A stretch of DNA of 44,197 nucleotides from the IMG/VR virus record IMGVR_UViG_3300017766_003074, positions 1 through 44,197 of that record. One strand, given 5' to 3'. Position 1 is the first letter of the stretch. Each line of letters starts with the position of its first letter. A program made the position numbers and the translations under genes. This document shows positions 10,264-21,110 of the stretch, one piece after another. The notes under the pieces are model-generated. The model did not search any database. It saw only the letters and a list, made by a program, of their open reading frames with translations, and had not been told where the DNA came from. This DNA comes from a virus (Duplodnaviria > Caudoviricetes).

Positions 10264-10727
10264 TTTACATCTATAACAGTAGCCTCAATTGTTTTTGCTT
10301 TTTTAAATAATTGATTCATCATTTCTTCTCTTGAAGCAATTAAGTTATTATTTACTTTAATATCTAATTCTTCTCGTTTACTTTCTACATCCATTTTCTT
10401 AATAGTAAGAGATGTATCAGATTTTTTGTTGTTTACAACAATTTTATTCAAAACTTCTAGTGCTGACGAGGTAGACTTAATGAGTTCTGCTAGTGATACA
10501 ACGTCTTCAGCAGTTGGAGCGACTTGAACATTGTCTTTTATGTACTCAACTGATTCTGTAGCATCAACAATTAATCTGCTTGCATATTTTATAACAAAGT
10601 TTTCTAGATTTTCTTTATTTAAATCGTTCTCTGTAAGTTTTTCTACCTTCTTTGACAAGGTTGTGGTATCTTTTAGTTGGGTTAAAATAGAATTTACAGT
10701 AGAATCTAATTGATTATCATCAGACAT
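10260..10727 (-). CDS. Terminase small subunit, gp16-like
   Basis: Helical protein with 'P.AEDVVSLAELIKS...LE.L' and C-terminal 'VNNNLIASREEMMNQL', like T4-superfamily small terminases; late-promoter motif upstream. Confidence 0.55.
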   Translation of the reverse strand: MSDDNQLDSTVNSILTQLKDTTTLSKKVEKLTENDLNKENLENFVIKYASRLIVDATESVEYIKDNVQVAPTAEDVVSLAELIKSTSSALEVLNKIVVNNKKSDTSLTIKKMDVESKREELDIKVNNNLIASREEMMNQLFKKAKTIEATVIDVN

Positions 10728-10732
10728 GTCAA

Positions 10733-10738
10733 TATTTA
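10733..10738 (-). promoter_or_regulatory. Late promoter TAAATA-N5-ATG (minus strand)
   Basis: TATTTA on plus strand, 5 nt from the CAT at 10725-10727. Confidence 0.65.
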
Positions 10739-10740
10739 GC

Positions 10741-10769
10741 TTGATTTTTCTAGTAATATAGCGTAATAT
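10741..10769 (+). promoter_or_regulatory. Sigma70-type early promoter TTGATT-N17-TAATAT
   Basis: Near-consensus -35/-10 with 17-nt spacer, ending 9 nt before the dUTPase ATG. Confidence 0.5.
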
Positions 10770-10778
10770 ACCTAAATC

Positions 10779-11228
10779 ATGAGTACAGAAATTAATATTT
10801 CATTCGTAAAAACACACAAAGATGCACGTTTACCACAAAGAAATAACAATGAACCATTAGTTGGGGATACTGGATATGACATTTATGCGGTAGAAGAAAC
10901 CTATATTGATCCTCATAGTACAGTTACAGTTCCTATTGGTCTAGATATTGGTTATATCCAGCCCGGATATTGGATTCGTATTGAATCTAGATCTGGAATG
11001 TTCTTTCGTAATGGTATTACTGCATTCCCCGGTGTAATTGATTGCTCTTATAGGGGCAAATTAGGTGCAGCATTGATTAATAATACAAATACTTGCTATA
11101 CTGTACAGAAAGGTGATAGGATTGCTCAATTAGTTGTCTATAAATTGATCGAACCAACCATTACATGGACAGATAAAAAAGACGAAACCAGTCGTGGAGA
11201 TAAAGGATTTGGTTCATCTGGACGATAA
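10779..11228 (+). CDS. dut: dUTP diphosphatase (trimeric dUTPase)
   Basis: All five motifs: TGYDI, SRSG, GVIDCSYRG, RIAQL, RGDKGFGSSG. Confidence 0.95.
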   Translation: MSTEINISFVKTHKDARLPQRNNNEPLVGDTGYDIYAVEETYIDPHSTVTVPIGLDIGYIQPGYWIRIESRSGMFFRNGITAFPGVIDCSYRGKLGAALINNTNTCYTVQKGDRIAQLVVYKLIEPTITWTDKKDETSRGDKGFGSSGR

Positions 11229-11229
11229 T

Positions 11230-12162
11230 ATGAATTTAAGTACACTTTGGTGTGAAAAATATCGTCCTAAAACCTTGGATAACATTGTATTATCCGAAGA
11301 AAATAGGAATTTATTGACCCATTACAAACAAAATAAAGACATACCACATCTTTTGTTTGTTGGAAATCCGGGGGTAGGCAAAACTACATTAGCTAAAATC
11401 ATTGTTAATGATATTTTAAGCTGTGATTACCTATATATCAATGCCTCTGACGAAAATGGTATCGATACTATTAGACATAAAATCATTGGGTTTGCTCAAA
11501 CACGATCATTTGATGGGGGAATCAAGGTTATTATATTAGACGAAGCGGATTCTTTGAGTAGTGAAGGTGCTAGAGCACTCAGAAATGTAATGGAAGAGTA
11601 TCATAATACTACCAGATTCATTTTAACTGCTAATTATAAGCATAAAATAATTGATGCACTGCAAAGTAGATGTCATTCGATTAATTTCGAACATACTTTA
11701 AAAGATGTTGCAAAACATTGTATAGGAATTTTATTAAAAGAGAAAATTAATATAAATTCTGAAATGATTCCTAAAATACATGAACTAATTAAAGCTAATT
11801 TTCCTGATTTTAGGAAAATTATTAATAATTTACAGAAGTATTCAATTACTGGATCACTAATTATACAAAATTCAGCAATAGAAAATGATTTTATTACAGT
11901 TTTATTTGATAAAATCAAAACAGATTCGATTTCAAATGTTAGAAACTATGTTATTTCTAATGAAATGACCTTTCAAATGGATTATCACAACTTATTAAAG
12001 AATCTTTTTAATTATATTTGTGATAATATGGAAGATTCTTTGAATAAGAAAGAATGTTTATGGCAAATAGCCCATCATATGGATAGACATTCCCATGTAA
12101 TTGATGTAGAAATCAATTCCTTTGCTTGTTTAATATCTTTATCTAAGATTTTAAACCTTTGA
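11230..12162 (+). CDS. Sliding-clamp loader AAA+ ATPase subunit (T4 gp44 / RFC small subunit-like)
   Basis: 'WCEKYRP', Walker A GNPGVGKT, 'INASDENG', Walker B 'IILDEAD', 'LQSRC'. Start at ATG 11230 directly after the dut stop. Confidence 0.92.
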   Translation: MNLSTLWCEKYRPKTLDNIVLSEENRNLLTHYKQNKDIPHLLFVGNPGVGKTTLAKIIVNDILSCDYLYINASDENGIDTIRHKIIGFAQTRSFDGGIKVIILDEADSLSSEGARALRNVMEEYHNTTRFILTANYKHKIIDALQSRCHSINFEHTLKDVAKHCIGILLKEKININSEMIPKIHELIKANFPDFRKIINNLQKYSITGSLIIQNSAIENDFITVLFDKIKTDSISNVRNYVISNEMTFQMDYHNLLKNLFNYICDNMEDSLNKKECLWQIAHHMDRHSHVIDVEINSFACLISLSKILNL

Positions 12163-12685
12163 GATAACTTGCAGTGTAAGAAACTTCTTTTTTCTTACCT
12201 TTAGTGGGTTTGATGGTGGTGTTTTGTGTTGGTAATGAATAATCTCCATTTTCTATACCGCCATCAACTGCTTTTGTTTCTACTGGTGTGTGAGTAATGT
12301 TATCTTCTCTATTAAAAGCATCTGGTAATGGTGCTAAATTTGGATAATAGTCCAAAGTTGTTAGTAAGCAAGGAGGAACGGTTATCGAATACATATAACG
12401 TCCTCCACCTTGATCAGCAGATATCTTTACAGATACTTTTCCGTTTGCAGTATCTGGATTGCCGGGAAAACGGGCTGGATAGTAATCATCTATTCCAGAA
12501 ACTCGAATTTTTAAGCCAGATTTTATTAATTCTTCGATTGCGTCTTTTACATTATCATGTAAAGCGATATATTCTTTATCTTTTTTATATCCTTTAGCGA
12601 ATTCTACGTAATCTCCCACTAATAGACCACCTCTGGTATACCTAGAAATTGCAGATTCGCAAACTTTAATAAACTTCTTTTCCAT
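12143..12685 (-). CDS. Hypothetical protein, probably late-expressed
   Basis: 180-aa ORF with normal composition and a TAAATA-N5-ATG motif. Confidence 0.7.
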   Translation of the reverse strand: MEKKFIKVCESAISRYTRGGLLVGDYVEFAKGYKKDKEYIALHDNVKDAIEELIKSGLKIRVSGIDDYYPARFPGNPDTANGKVSVKISADQGGGRYMYSITVPPCLLTTLDYYPNLAPLPDAFNREDNITHTPVETKAVDGGIENGDYSLPTQNTTIKPTKGKKKEVSYTASYLKGLKS

Positions 12686-12690
12686 AAGAT

Positions 12691-12712
12691 TATTTAGTCG
12701 GAATATTAAATA
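12691..12712. promoter_or_regulatory. Back-to-back divergent late promoters (minus 12691-12696; plus 12707-12712)
   Basis: Each TAAATA is exactly 5 nt from its ATG (12685 minus, 12718 plus) inside a 32-bp intergenic gap. Confidence 0.75.
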
Positions 12713-12717
12713 TTTTT

Positions 12718-13197
12718 ATGGGAAAAATTGTATTAGGCACTCTTCCACAGCTTAAAAATAGAAAAGGACCGTATTTATATACGGATCTTCATTTGGATTT
12801 GGAATTGTCTGATAATATTAACAATTTTTTATACCAAGAAAATGAAATTAAAGATATTAAATTAGATTATGATTTAAATGCCATAAGAAATTCATTATAT
12901 AATTTATTTACTACAACTCCGGGGGAGAAAATACTTAATCCTGATTATGGATTAGATTTAAGGCAATATTTATTCGAATCAGCAACAATAGAAGTAGCTG
13001 AAAATATTAGAGATGAAATATATAGACAAGTAAGGGTTTATGAAACTAGAGTAAAATTGAATGATGTTGGTATAACAATATTCGAAGATGTAAATGAATT
13101 TGATATATCTATATACTATTCAGTTCCTACTCTAAATATATCTAAAGAATCAATGTTTGGTACTTTAGGTGGTAGCGGATTTATTATTAGAACTTAA
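12718..13197 (+). CDS. Baseplate wedge subunit, gp25-like
   Basis: 'YTDLHLDL', 'AIRNSLYNLFTTTPGEKILNPDYGLDLRQYLFE', 'YETRV' match the GPW_gp25 family. Confidence 0.9.
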   Translation: MGKIVLGTLPQLKNRKGPYLYTDLHLDLELSDNINNFLYQENEIKDIKLDYDLNAIRNSLYNLFTTTPGEKILNPDYGLDLRQYLFESATIEVAENIRDEIYRQVRVYETRVKLNDVGITIFEDVNEFDISIYYSVPTLNISKESMFGTLGGSGFIIRT

Positions 13198-13199
13198 AA

Positions 13200-15029
13200 A
13201 TGAGCACAGAAACATTTACAGAATTTAATTTACCCAGAAACGCTTATGCTGCATTTGATGCGCTTAGTATTAAGCAATTAATGATTAATCGTATCAAAAA
13301 TAGTGGACTATTTCCAGATATTGATTATGAAGGTAGTAATATTAATGGATTATTAGATCCTATTGCATATTCTTATCACGTTTTGTTGTTTTATTTGAAT
13401 CAAACTGCTTCTGATTCTACTTTTACTCAGGCAGAATTGTTTGAAAACATGAATAAAATTGTATCTTTAATAGGATATAAGACAACAGGCAATCATACTG
13501 CGACATTAAATGTGTCTGTTAGTGCTGACAAAGAGCTAACAGGTGGTAAATCTTATACCATAAAGAGATTTTCTAAAATATCCATCAAAAATATACCATA
13601 TTCTTTCAATACAGATATAACATTTCAAAAAGAATTGTTTAATCAATTAGAACATCTCCCCACAATAGGAGATAACAATTTATTATATCAAGGAGTATTC
13701 AAAGAATATCCACTATATTCAGCAATTGGAGAAAATTTCGAGCAATTTACACTCAATATTAATTACCCATTAGATAATCAATCTACTAAAATGGTAGATC
13801 ATAATAATATATTTGTGTTTGTTAAAGATATTAATACTAATAAATGGTCTGAATGGAAAGAAATAAGTAGTTTATATTTAGCTGATAGCGTTTCTACTGT
13901 TTTTGAAAAGCGTCTAAATGAATATGAGCATTATGAAATAAAATTTGGTAATAATATAAATGGTAAAAGACTTAATGTTGGTGATTTAATACAAATTTAT
14001 TATTTAGAGAGTGATGGAAGTAAAGGCTTGATAAGTAATAACGATAGTAAACAAGGAAAATTGGTATTATTTAGCAGTGGACAATATAATGAAATTTTTA
14101 ATAATATAAAAGATAATAATTTAAATTATATTTCAGCAGAAGACATAACATTATTAAAATTTGATAATCAATACTCTTCTGTACAACCAACTTATACTGA
14201 AACTGTAGATGAAATTAGAAAAAATGCTCCTTTAATATTTTCTTCACAAAATAGAACGGTTACAACATCAGATTACGAAGCATTTGTTAATAAAAATTTT
14301 TCTAACATAATACAAACTGTTAAAGCAGTTTCTAATAAAGATTACACTTCACAATATTTGTCTTATTTTTATGATTTGGGCTTAGAAAGACCAAATTTAG
14401 ATGACAAATTGTTATTTAATCAAGTATCATTTAATGATGCTTGTGATTTTAATAATGTTTATTTATTTTGTGTCCCTAAATTAGGAGCTATTCAAAATGA
14501 AACAACACCAATTGAATTATTCTTCTCCCAAAAACAAGCTATTGTAGATAAATTAAATCAATATAAAATGGTTAATCATAATATAGTGATTTCTGATCCT
14601 GTTTATATTGCATTTGATTTCGGATTACCATTAATAGGAGAAACAATAACTGCTTCTATTAAAGATTCTACAATATTACGAATAACTAGAAATGATAACG
14701 AATTTGTATCAAAAGATCAAATCAAAGGATTAGCTTTTAATATAATAAAAAACTTTTTTTCACAAACAAACAATAATTTAGAACAATTATTAGACTTAAC
14801 TAATTTAAGTTATACTTTATTGAATATAAATGGAGTGAAATCAATAGAAACAGTGAGAAAATCTGGAACAGATGAATACAAAACTTCTAAATTAAGTTTT
14901 GTTTATTGGAATCCATTTTATACGAATGCAAATATTAATTATACTGCACAAAATATGAATTTAAGATTTTTTGAATTTCCATTTTTTTATCAAATATCTA
15001 ATTTAATTAATAAAATAGAAGTAATATAA
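13200..15029 (+). CDS. Baseplate wedge subunit, gp6-like
   Basis: 'DYEGSN..LLD..AY', 'YEIKFGNNINGK', 'ETVDEIRKNAP..FSSQNRTVTTSDYE' are gp6/baseplate-J signatures; follows gp25. Confidence 0.9.
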   Translation: MSTETFTEFNLPRNAYAAFDALSIKQLMINRIKNSGLFPDIDYEGSNINGLLDPIAYSYHVLLFYLNQTASDSTFTQAELFENMNKIVSLIGYKTTGNHTATLNVSVSADKELTGGKSYTIKRFSKISIKNIPYSFNTDITFQKELFNQLEHLPTIGDNNLLYQGVFKEYPLYSAIGENFEQFTLNINYPLDNQSTKMVDHNNIFVFVKDINTNKWSEWKEISSLYLADSVSTVFEKRLNEYEHYEIKFGNNINGKRLNVGDLIQIYYLESDGSKGLISNNDSKQGKLVLFSSGQYNEIFNNIKDNNLNYISAEDITLLKFDNQYSSVQPTYTETVDEIRKNAPLIFSSQNRTVTTSDYEAFVNKNFSNIIQTVKAVSNKDYTSQYLSYFYDLGLERPNLDDKLLFNQVSFNDACDFNNVYLFCVPKLGAIQNETTPIELFFSQKQAIVDKLNQYKMVNHNIVISDPVYIAFDFGLPLIGETITASIKDSTILRITRNDNEFVSKDQIKGLAFNIIKNFFSQTNNNLEQLLDLTNLSYTLLNINGVKSIETVRKSGTDEYKTSKLSFVYWNPFYTNANINYTAQNMNLRFFEFPFFYQISNLINKIEVI

Positions 15030-15030
15030 A

Positions 15031-18000
15031 ATGGATAACTATTATAAATACATATATTTTAATACTTTAGATTATAAAGGAGATAAAACTACTAAAGGTT
15101 ATACTCTTCCTATAACACCATTTACGTTTATACCTGTTTTTGATGATGGGATCACAAAATTATATTCTAACAAAAAAATATTGTGGGATTTTGGTGATGG
15201 AACGACATCAGAATCGGTTACAGCAGTACATTATTTTAAATTGCCCGGATGGTATAATGTAAAATGTTATGTACTAGGAGTAGAAGGACAGGGATATTCT
15301 GATTCATTTTCCCAGACTATTTTGGTAGAAGATTTTATAACAGATACGATTGTTTTATCTGGTATAGAATATAAAAATGAAACAGGATTTAAATATCCAT
15401 TTATAGTATATAGATTTAATAGTTGGCAAACATACGATACTTTATCTTCAGTTGGTTATACAATAAATTTAAATATTAGTGGAAACTCTGCTCCAATATT
15501 AAATTCTGAATTATATAAAAATGATAAATGGGGTCATTTAAAACCTTACGCTAAATTTGAAACGAATATAATTAATACGATAACAAATAAAGAAGAAATA
15601 TTACCTGTTAATTCAATAGTAACAGATGAATCTAGTAATAAAGAATTATATGTTAAAATACAAAATAATACATTAGTATTTTGTAATAAAGATGATATTG
15701 GTTCTTGTTTTGCTGGAACATCCGGTTCTAAATTAGTGTATTTTACTGATGATATTCCAAAAGAAACTACAAAAGCTAGTATTAATATTGTATCCACAAT
15801 ATTTGCTTCTTTTGATAAGACTAAATTTAAGGATTTAAATTCCTTAAATAAAAAATATCCAGAAAATTTATATCCTGTATTAAATGGAGTTTTCGACTAT
15901 AATATACCATCATCTTTAATAGAACAACTTAATCCTTATGAAGTGGTAATATCATCGAATGGAATAGATGATGACAATAATTTAAATAGAATTTATACAT
16001 TTAATATATATCAAGAAAAATTCACAGGACAAAAAATACCATTTGTTGCTAGAATTAAAGAACGAAATGGATTGGCAGCAAAATATAATAATATTTTAAC
16101 TTTAAAAAATACAAATAATTTAGATGCTGGAGAAATTTACATAGAATTACGAGATTCTAATAATTTTACGATAACTGACAAAGTTTCGGTATTTTCTAAT
16201 TTTGGTGTATTGTCATCAGAAACACATGGAGGATATTTTAAAGGTTATTTGATAAGTGATAAACCGTATAATAATGTAACCATATATGCAGAAGCAAATC
16301 CGTTAATAAGAGAAAGATATTTAATTGATACTATATATTCAATTGCAGGTCAACCACAAGCAGATAAAATCCATAATATTAAATTAATAAAAACTGATGA
16401 AATTATAACAGTAGAAGATTTAATTTTAAATGTTCCACAATTAACTGGGATATATTCATCATGTATAACTTGTGAACGAAAATTAGATGGGGCAACTAAT
16501 TGGGTAGCATGGGTTGTTGATGCTGACAGAGAGAAGATAATTAAATTTAATCCAGAAAATAATATAAATGGAAATGTTGATGTTATTTTTAGTAATTTTA
16601 TTTTACCAGAAAACTCATCACCATCAGATATTTCTAGTGATAAGAATGGTAATGTTTGGGTAACTTTATATGATTCTATATCAACAGTTAGAATTAATAA
16701 TTTGTCCAATCAAGTTGATAAAATTATTAAGCCTTCTATTGCAAATGAAGTAAATGATTACGAAAATACCGTTACTCCAGCATCAATAGACACGGATTAT
16801 CAAAATAATGTATGGATTTCATACTCTAATGGGCTATCATCATTTATAGAAAAATATGATAATGATGGCAATTTCATTTTTAATGTAAAATCAATTAATG
16901 GTTATCAAATTACACAAATTATAACAGATTTAGATTTGAATGTTTGGGGTATAATGAAAGATTTGACAACAAGTAATACAATTTTATCAAGTAAAAATGA
17001 CAGAGTGTTTTCAATAAATCAAGATGGAACCAATATAGAGTATTATTTCGTTGGGGGGAGCTTATGGAATCTAACACTAGATACAGAAGGTAATATTTGG
17101 GGGACTAAAAATATAGATGAAGTATTTAAAATAGATACAATAACAACAGAAATTAATAATTATTCTTTAAGTTCTGATTCTATCAATAAAATTAATAATT
17201 ATATTAGTGATTTAGAAGGAATAGCTTGTACTACTGATAACCACATTTTAATTATAGATAATATTAATAGTAAAATTCATTATTTAAATGCATCAGATGA
17301 TAATATTAATATAAAATCAGCACCAATACAAAATGTAACATTACCAAATGATAGAATACAAAATAAAATAAATGGTTACGGAGATTGGAATGGATTTAAA
17401 TATATTAATAAATTTCAACATATTTTTGCTAATGGATTAGGAAATTTAAAAGGTTATAGTAACATATTTAATATATATGATAATGATTCTGGAAAATATG
17501 ATTTAAGAAAAGTAAATGAAAACTTCGATCCAATAAAACAATTAGATTCTTATAGATTTCAGGACTTTTTATTAGATAAAGGTGATTCTGTATTTAAATT
17601 GATAGGAACATTTATAGGAACACTTTCGTCTAATCCAAATTATTTAGGAAAATTAATATACGAAAGAATATCTAACTTTAGTGATAATATAGCAAATATA
17701 GATACATGTAATGTTTCTGTATTAAAATCAATGTATAATATGTTAGATGAAACATTCTATACATTTGGAAACGGGGATATATCATATCCAGCAGAATTAA
17801 AACGATTAATTGATATATTTTCAATAAAATTTTCTAAATTAAAAGGAAGTAGAAATAAATTCTCTGAAAATTTTGATTCTAAAGGATATTTTAATGATAA
17901 AATTATAGAAAATGGCGGGACTCCTGTTTATGGAGTAAATAAAGGAAAAGAATTGGATTTTTTTACTACTGTATTAACTGCTGGGAATAATATAGTAGCT

Positions 18001-18354
18001 TTTGAAAGATTTAGTGAAACATATTCACTATTAAACACTAATTTATCAGTAGCTTCAGCTTCCTTAACTTATATAGATCCAATAAAACGTACTTATGCAT
18101 TAAGTGGATTAAATAATAATTGGGGATGGGATTTATCTTTACCAGAAATTGTAAATACTGATTTTATTCCAAGATATTATTCATTTTATGAGTATTTAAC
18201 TGGATTTGATAACAATCAAACAGAAGGCGTCATAAATTGGTCAGATCAACAAAACACTATTCCTGAAGATATGGTTTCTACAGAACAATGGGATCTTATT
18301 AAAGAAAACATTATTAATTATGCCTTAGTAAAAGGATTAGGGATCATTAAATAA
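15031..18354 (+). CDS. Large baseplate/virion protein with PKD domain and Vgb/NHL-like beta-propeller (gp7 position)
   Basis: 'WDFGDGTTS....HYF..PGWYNV' PKD motif; repeated 'D..GNVW' blades; follows gp6. Confidence 0.6.
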   Translation: MDNYYKYIYFNTLDYKGDKTTKGYTLPITPFTFIPVFDDGITKLYSNKKILWDFGDGTTSESVTAVHYFKLPGWYNVKCYVLGVEGQGYSDSFSQTILVEDFITDTIVLSGIEYKNETGFKYPFIVYRFNSWQTYDTLSSVGYTINLNISGNSAPILNSELYKNDKWGHLKPYAKFETNIINTITNKEEILPVNSIVTDESSNKELYVKIQNNTLVFCNKDDIGSCFAGTSGSKLVYFTDDIPKETTKASINIVSTIFASFDKTKFKDLNSLNKKYPENLYPVLNGVFDYNIPSSLIEQLNPYEVVISSNGIDDDNNLNRIYTFNIYQEKFTGQKIPFVARIKERNGLAAKYNNILTLKNTNNLDAGEIYIELRDSNNFTITDKVSVFSNFGVLSSETHGGYFKGYLISDKPYNNVTIYAEANPLIRERYLIDTIYSIAGQPQADKIHNIKLIKTDEIITVEDLILNVPQLTGIYSSCITCERKLDGATNWVAWVVDADREKIIKFNPENNINGNVDVIFSNFILPENSSPSDISSDKNGNVWVTLYDSISTVRINNLSNQVDKIIKPSIANEVNDYENTVTPASIDTDYQNNVWISYSNGLSSFIEKYDNDGNFIFNVKSINGYQITQIITDLDLNVWGIMKDLTTSNTILSSKNDRVFSINQDGTNIEYYFVGGSLWNLTLDTEGNIWGTKNIDEVFKIDTITTEINNYSLSSDSINKINNYISDLEGIACTTDNHILIIDNINSKIHYLNASDDNINIKSAPIQNVTLPNDRIQNKINGYGDWNGFKYINKFQHIFANGLGNLKGYSNIFNIYDNDSGKYDLRKVNENFDPIKQLDSYRFQDFLLDKGDSVFKLIGTFIGTLSSNPNYLGKLIYERISNFSDNIANIDTCNVSVLKSMYNMLDETFYTFGNGDISYPAELKRLIDIFSIKFSKLKGSRNKFSENFDSKGYFNDKIIENGGTPVYGVNKGKELDFFTTVLTAGNNIVAFERFSETYSLLNTNLSVASASLTYIDPIKRTYALSGLNNNWGWDLSLPEIVNTDFIPRYYSFYEYLTGFDNNQTEGVINWSDQQNTIPEDMVSTEQWDLIKENIINYALVKGLGIIK
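18348..18353 (+). promoter_or_regulatory. Late promoter TAAATA-N5-GTG, overlapping upstream stop codon
   Basis: Formed by ...atT AAA TAa; 5 nt before start 18359. Confidence 0.6.
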
Positions 18355-18358
18355 TTAT

Positions 18359-21109
18359 GTGTTAGATCCTTTTGTATTTACAGAAATACTTCCTATAAAT
18401 TCTATAGTAAATCCCAATACTCCATCAGAAGATTATTTGGATTTATATAATCCTTTTTCGTTTTTTGATTTCTTAAAATATATAAATACTGATTTATCTC
18501 CTCTGGAAGTTAATAATTTATATGTCGAATACATAAAATTATGGGGTGAAACAAAAAATAACACCAAAACTCAAATAAATCAAACGATACAAGAAAGATA
18601 TGTTGAATTAATAAAAGAAATAACAATAAAATATTCGACATTAGAAGAAAAGCGTTTTATATCTAATATAGATTATTCTGATGAAACTGAATTAGATATA
18701 GTTTTACCATTTTATTCTAGAAAAATAGTAGAAATCTGCAATTTTTATGCAGACAAAAGAGAAAAACTAAAATTTAAATTAGAAAAAAATAAAAAGAAAG
18801 GTACACCTTCCAGTGTAGAGAGTTCTATATTTGAAACTATAACTGATGTTGTATTTTCTGATGTTTTAGAAACAAGTAATTATCAAAAATTAGTTGATGA
18901 ACAAACTTTATTAAAAGATTTAAACATAGAAATAGAAGAATTGTATGATATCTATACTAATTATTTGGATATAGATCCATCATATGACTATACTGAATAT
19001 GATGTTAAATCAGATTTTAGAAAACAATTTTTTTCATCAAATGTCAATGATATAGATGCTAATATATTCATTAATATAGACGAGGCTATTAAAAATGAAT
19101 TATTTGGTAAAGTATATGTATTTTTAAATGAATTTAAGAAGAATTTTTCTATAAATTATGACATAAATAAAATAGAATTAAATTGTAAACCAGATGATAG
19201 GTTATTTAATATAGTAAATGAAAATAAACCTAAAGCTACTAGGTTGGTCCAGTTAAGATATGATTTAATTAAAAAATATATAGGTACTGATTTTTATTAT
19301 ATAGCTACCGGAAGTACTATTACTGATGTTACTTCATCAATTTTATTTAAGGCTGATAATCCTTCGGGAAATTTATTAAATAGACATTTTCCTACTACTG
19401 CTTCTATAGAAGAAGAATCCGATTTACAATCTTGTAGAAGAATTGGATTGTTTTTTACTCCTGAAAAGAATAGTATATTATATTACTCTGTACCAGAAAA
19501 AAAATATAAGATAGATGAATCGAAATTAGAAGCAAATAAGTTATACATATTTCCAGATCCTAATTTATATGGAAATACAATTGGTCTTTCTAGAAAATTT
19601 AATTACGAATACCCATTAATACATATAGCTGATTATACTAAGTCGGTTAAAAACTATAGTCTTGGGTATACAGAAGGAGATATAAACTCTAATCCATATG
19701 CACAAGATTTTTATGCATATTTTTCACGAAATCAATTAAAGGATTCATTTTATTTTGGAAAAGATGGGTTAACAAATAATTTTTCTAATTTATATGATAA
19801 AGGAATAGTAACTAAATGGGCAGCAGATATATATGGAAATCAATTTAGCTTATTTAAACCAAAAAGTAAACAAAATCTAGTAAATAATACAACTGTAATT
19901 GAAATTTCGTCAGTAATACACGAAACCTATTGTGGTGGACCAATAAGATATTCAGATAATACGCCATTACCTGAAATAGTATTAGCTGGTGATCCAGAAT
20001 GGGTTAAACCAGATTTATGGTCATCAGATTATTATTACAATAATTTAGTTGAAGGCAGTGTGGGAAGCACCACAAATGAAATAATGGAGAGAGGCATGGA
20101 TTCATCTGCAATCGGCTTTACTCCTGAATTTGATAATGAATATATTTTATCTTCTATAAAATATAAAGAATTTGATGGTGGTCTGATTTCAGAAGAAGAT
20201 GAATTTATTGATCATAATTTCGAAGATAACACTAGATTTATAGTAAATCAAACTATTGATAATAATGAAACTATTTTATACGATTCAGTTCAAGACGATA
20301 ATTTAAATTCATATGAAATTAGAAATTCATATGGAAGTATATATGTAAAAGATATTATAACTGGTTACGTTTCTGAATTATCTTCAAAGCTCAAATATGT
20401 ATTTTCTAATAAATATGAAAATATAAAAGAAGAATTGTATAATAATATATTAGATTTTAATATATATAACGATTTTTTATGGATAAGAACTAAAAATCAT
20501 ATAATTTTTGAAAAATTATCATATCAAGATGGTTCCTATATTGATATAGGAAATGGTAAAAATTATATAAAATATAAAGAAGATGATAATTTTTTAATTA
20601 ATGCATCAAATCCATTTATTTTTGAAGATAGAGATTATGCATTAATTGTTTTATTATCAGGATATAATACCGAATCTTATAATTATTCAGTAATACCTAC
20701 TATATATAAAATAAATTATAATACATGTAGCGTATCTTTAGTATATCCAATTAATTTAACACAATCTATAATAGACACATTTAAAAATAATAGCGCAATT
20801 AATCCAACTAAATTAAGAAAAATTAATAAACCTACGTTATTATATAATAAAAGAAATAACAAATATGCTATTATTTGCACATTAGAAGATCAAAACGAAT
20901 TTCCTTATTTTTATAAAGTATTGTTTGATTATGATGGAATTAATATGATTAATATAGAATGTAAATTATATAATGTTCCACAAGAAATTGAAATTAATAC
21001 TGTAAATTTATTTGATAATAACATATTATCAAATTTAAACATATCTGATATAACGAACAATTCGAATGTAACAATAGATCAAAATGAAGGAACACTAAAT
21101 TTCGGATAA
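18359..21109 (+). CDS. Large virion structural protein, baseplate periphery (function unknown)
   Basis: 916-aa ORF in baseplate cluster; helical N-terminus, beta-rich C-terminus. Confidence 0.55.
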   Translation: MLDPFVFTEILPINSIVNPNTPSEDYLDLYNPFSFFDFLKYINTDLSPLEVNNLYVEYIKLWGETKNNTKTQINQTIQERYVELIKEITIKYSTLEEKRFISNIDYSDETELDIVLPFYSRKIVEICNFYADKREKLKFKLEKNKKKGTPSSVESSIFETITDVVFSDVLETSNYQKLVDEQTLLKDLNIEIEELYDIYTNYLDIDPSYDYTEYDVKSDFRKQFFSSNVNDIDANIFINIDEAIKNELFGKVYVFLNEFKKNFSINYDINKIELNCKPDDRLFNIVNENKPKATRLVQLRYDLIKKYIGTDFYYIATGSTITDVTSSILFKADNPSGNLLNRHFPTTASIEEESDLQSCRRIGLFFTPEKNSILYYSVPEKKYKIDESKLEANKLYIFPDPNLYGNTIGLSRKFNYEYPLIHIADYTKSVKNYSLGYTEGDINSNPYAQDFYAYFSRNQLKDSFYFGKDGLTNNFSNLYDKGIVTKWAADIYGNQFSLFKPKSKQNLVNNTTVIEISSVIHETYCGGPIRYSDNTPLPEIVLAGDPEWVKPDLWSSDYYYNNLVEGSVGSTTNEIMERGMDSSAIGFTPEFDNEYILSSIKYKEFDGGLISEEDEFIDHNFEDNTRFIVNQTIDNNETILYDSVQDDNLNSYEIRNSYGSIYVKDIITGYVSELSSKLKYVFSNKYENIKEELYNNILDFNIYNDFLWIRTKNHIIFEKLSYQDGSYIDIGNGKNYIKYKEDDNFLINASNPFIFEDRDYALIVLLSGYNTESYNYSVIPTIYKINYNTCSVSLVYPINLTQSIIDTFKNNSAINPTKLRKINKPTLLYNKRNNKYAIICTLEDQNEFPYFYKVLFDYDGINMINIECKLYNVPQEIEINTVNLFDNNILSNLNISDITNNSNVTIDQNEGTLNFG

Positions 21110-21110
21110 T

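Noticed and set aside
1-15029. Bacterial contractile injection system (T6SS/eCIS/tailocin)
   Set aside because: Terminase-small-subunit-like gene, clamp loader, dUTPase and T4-type late promoters indicate a phage genome.
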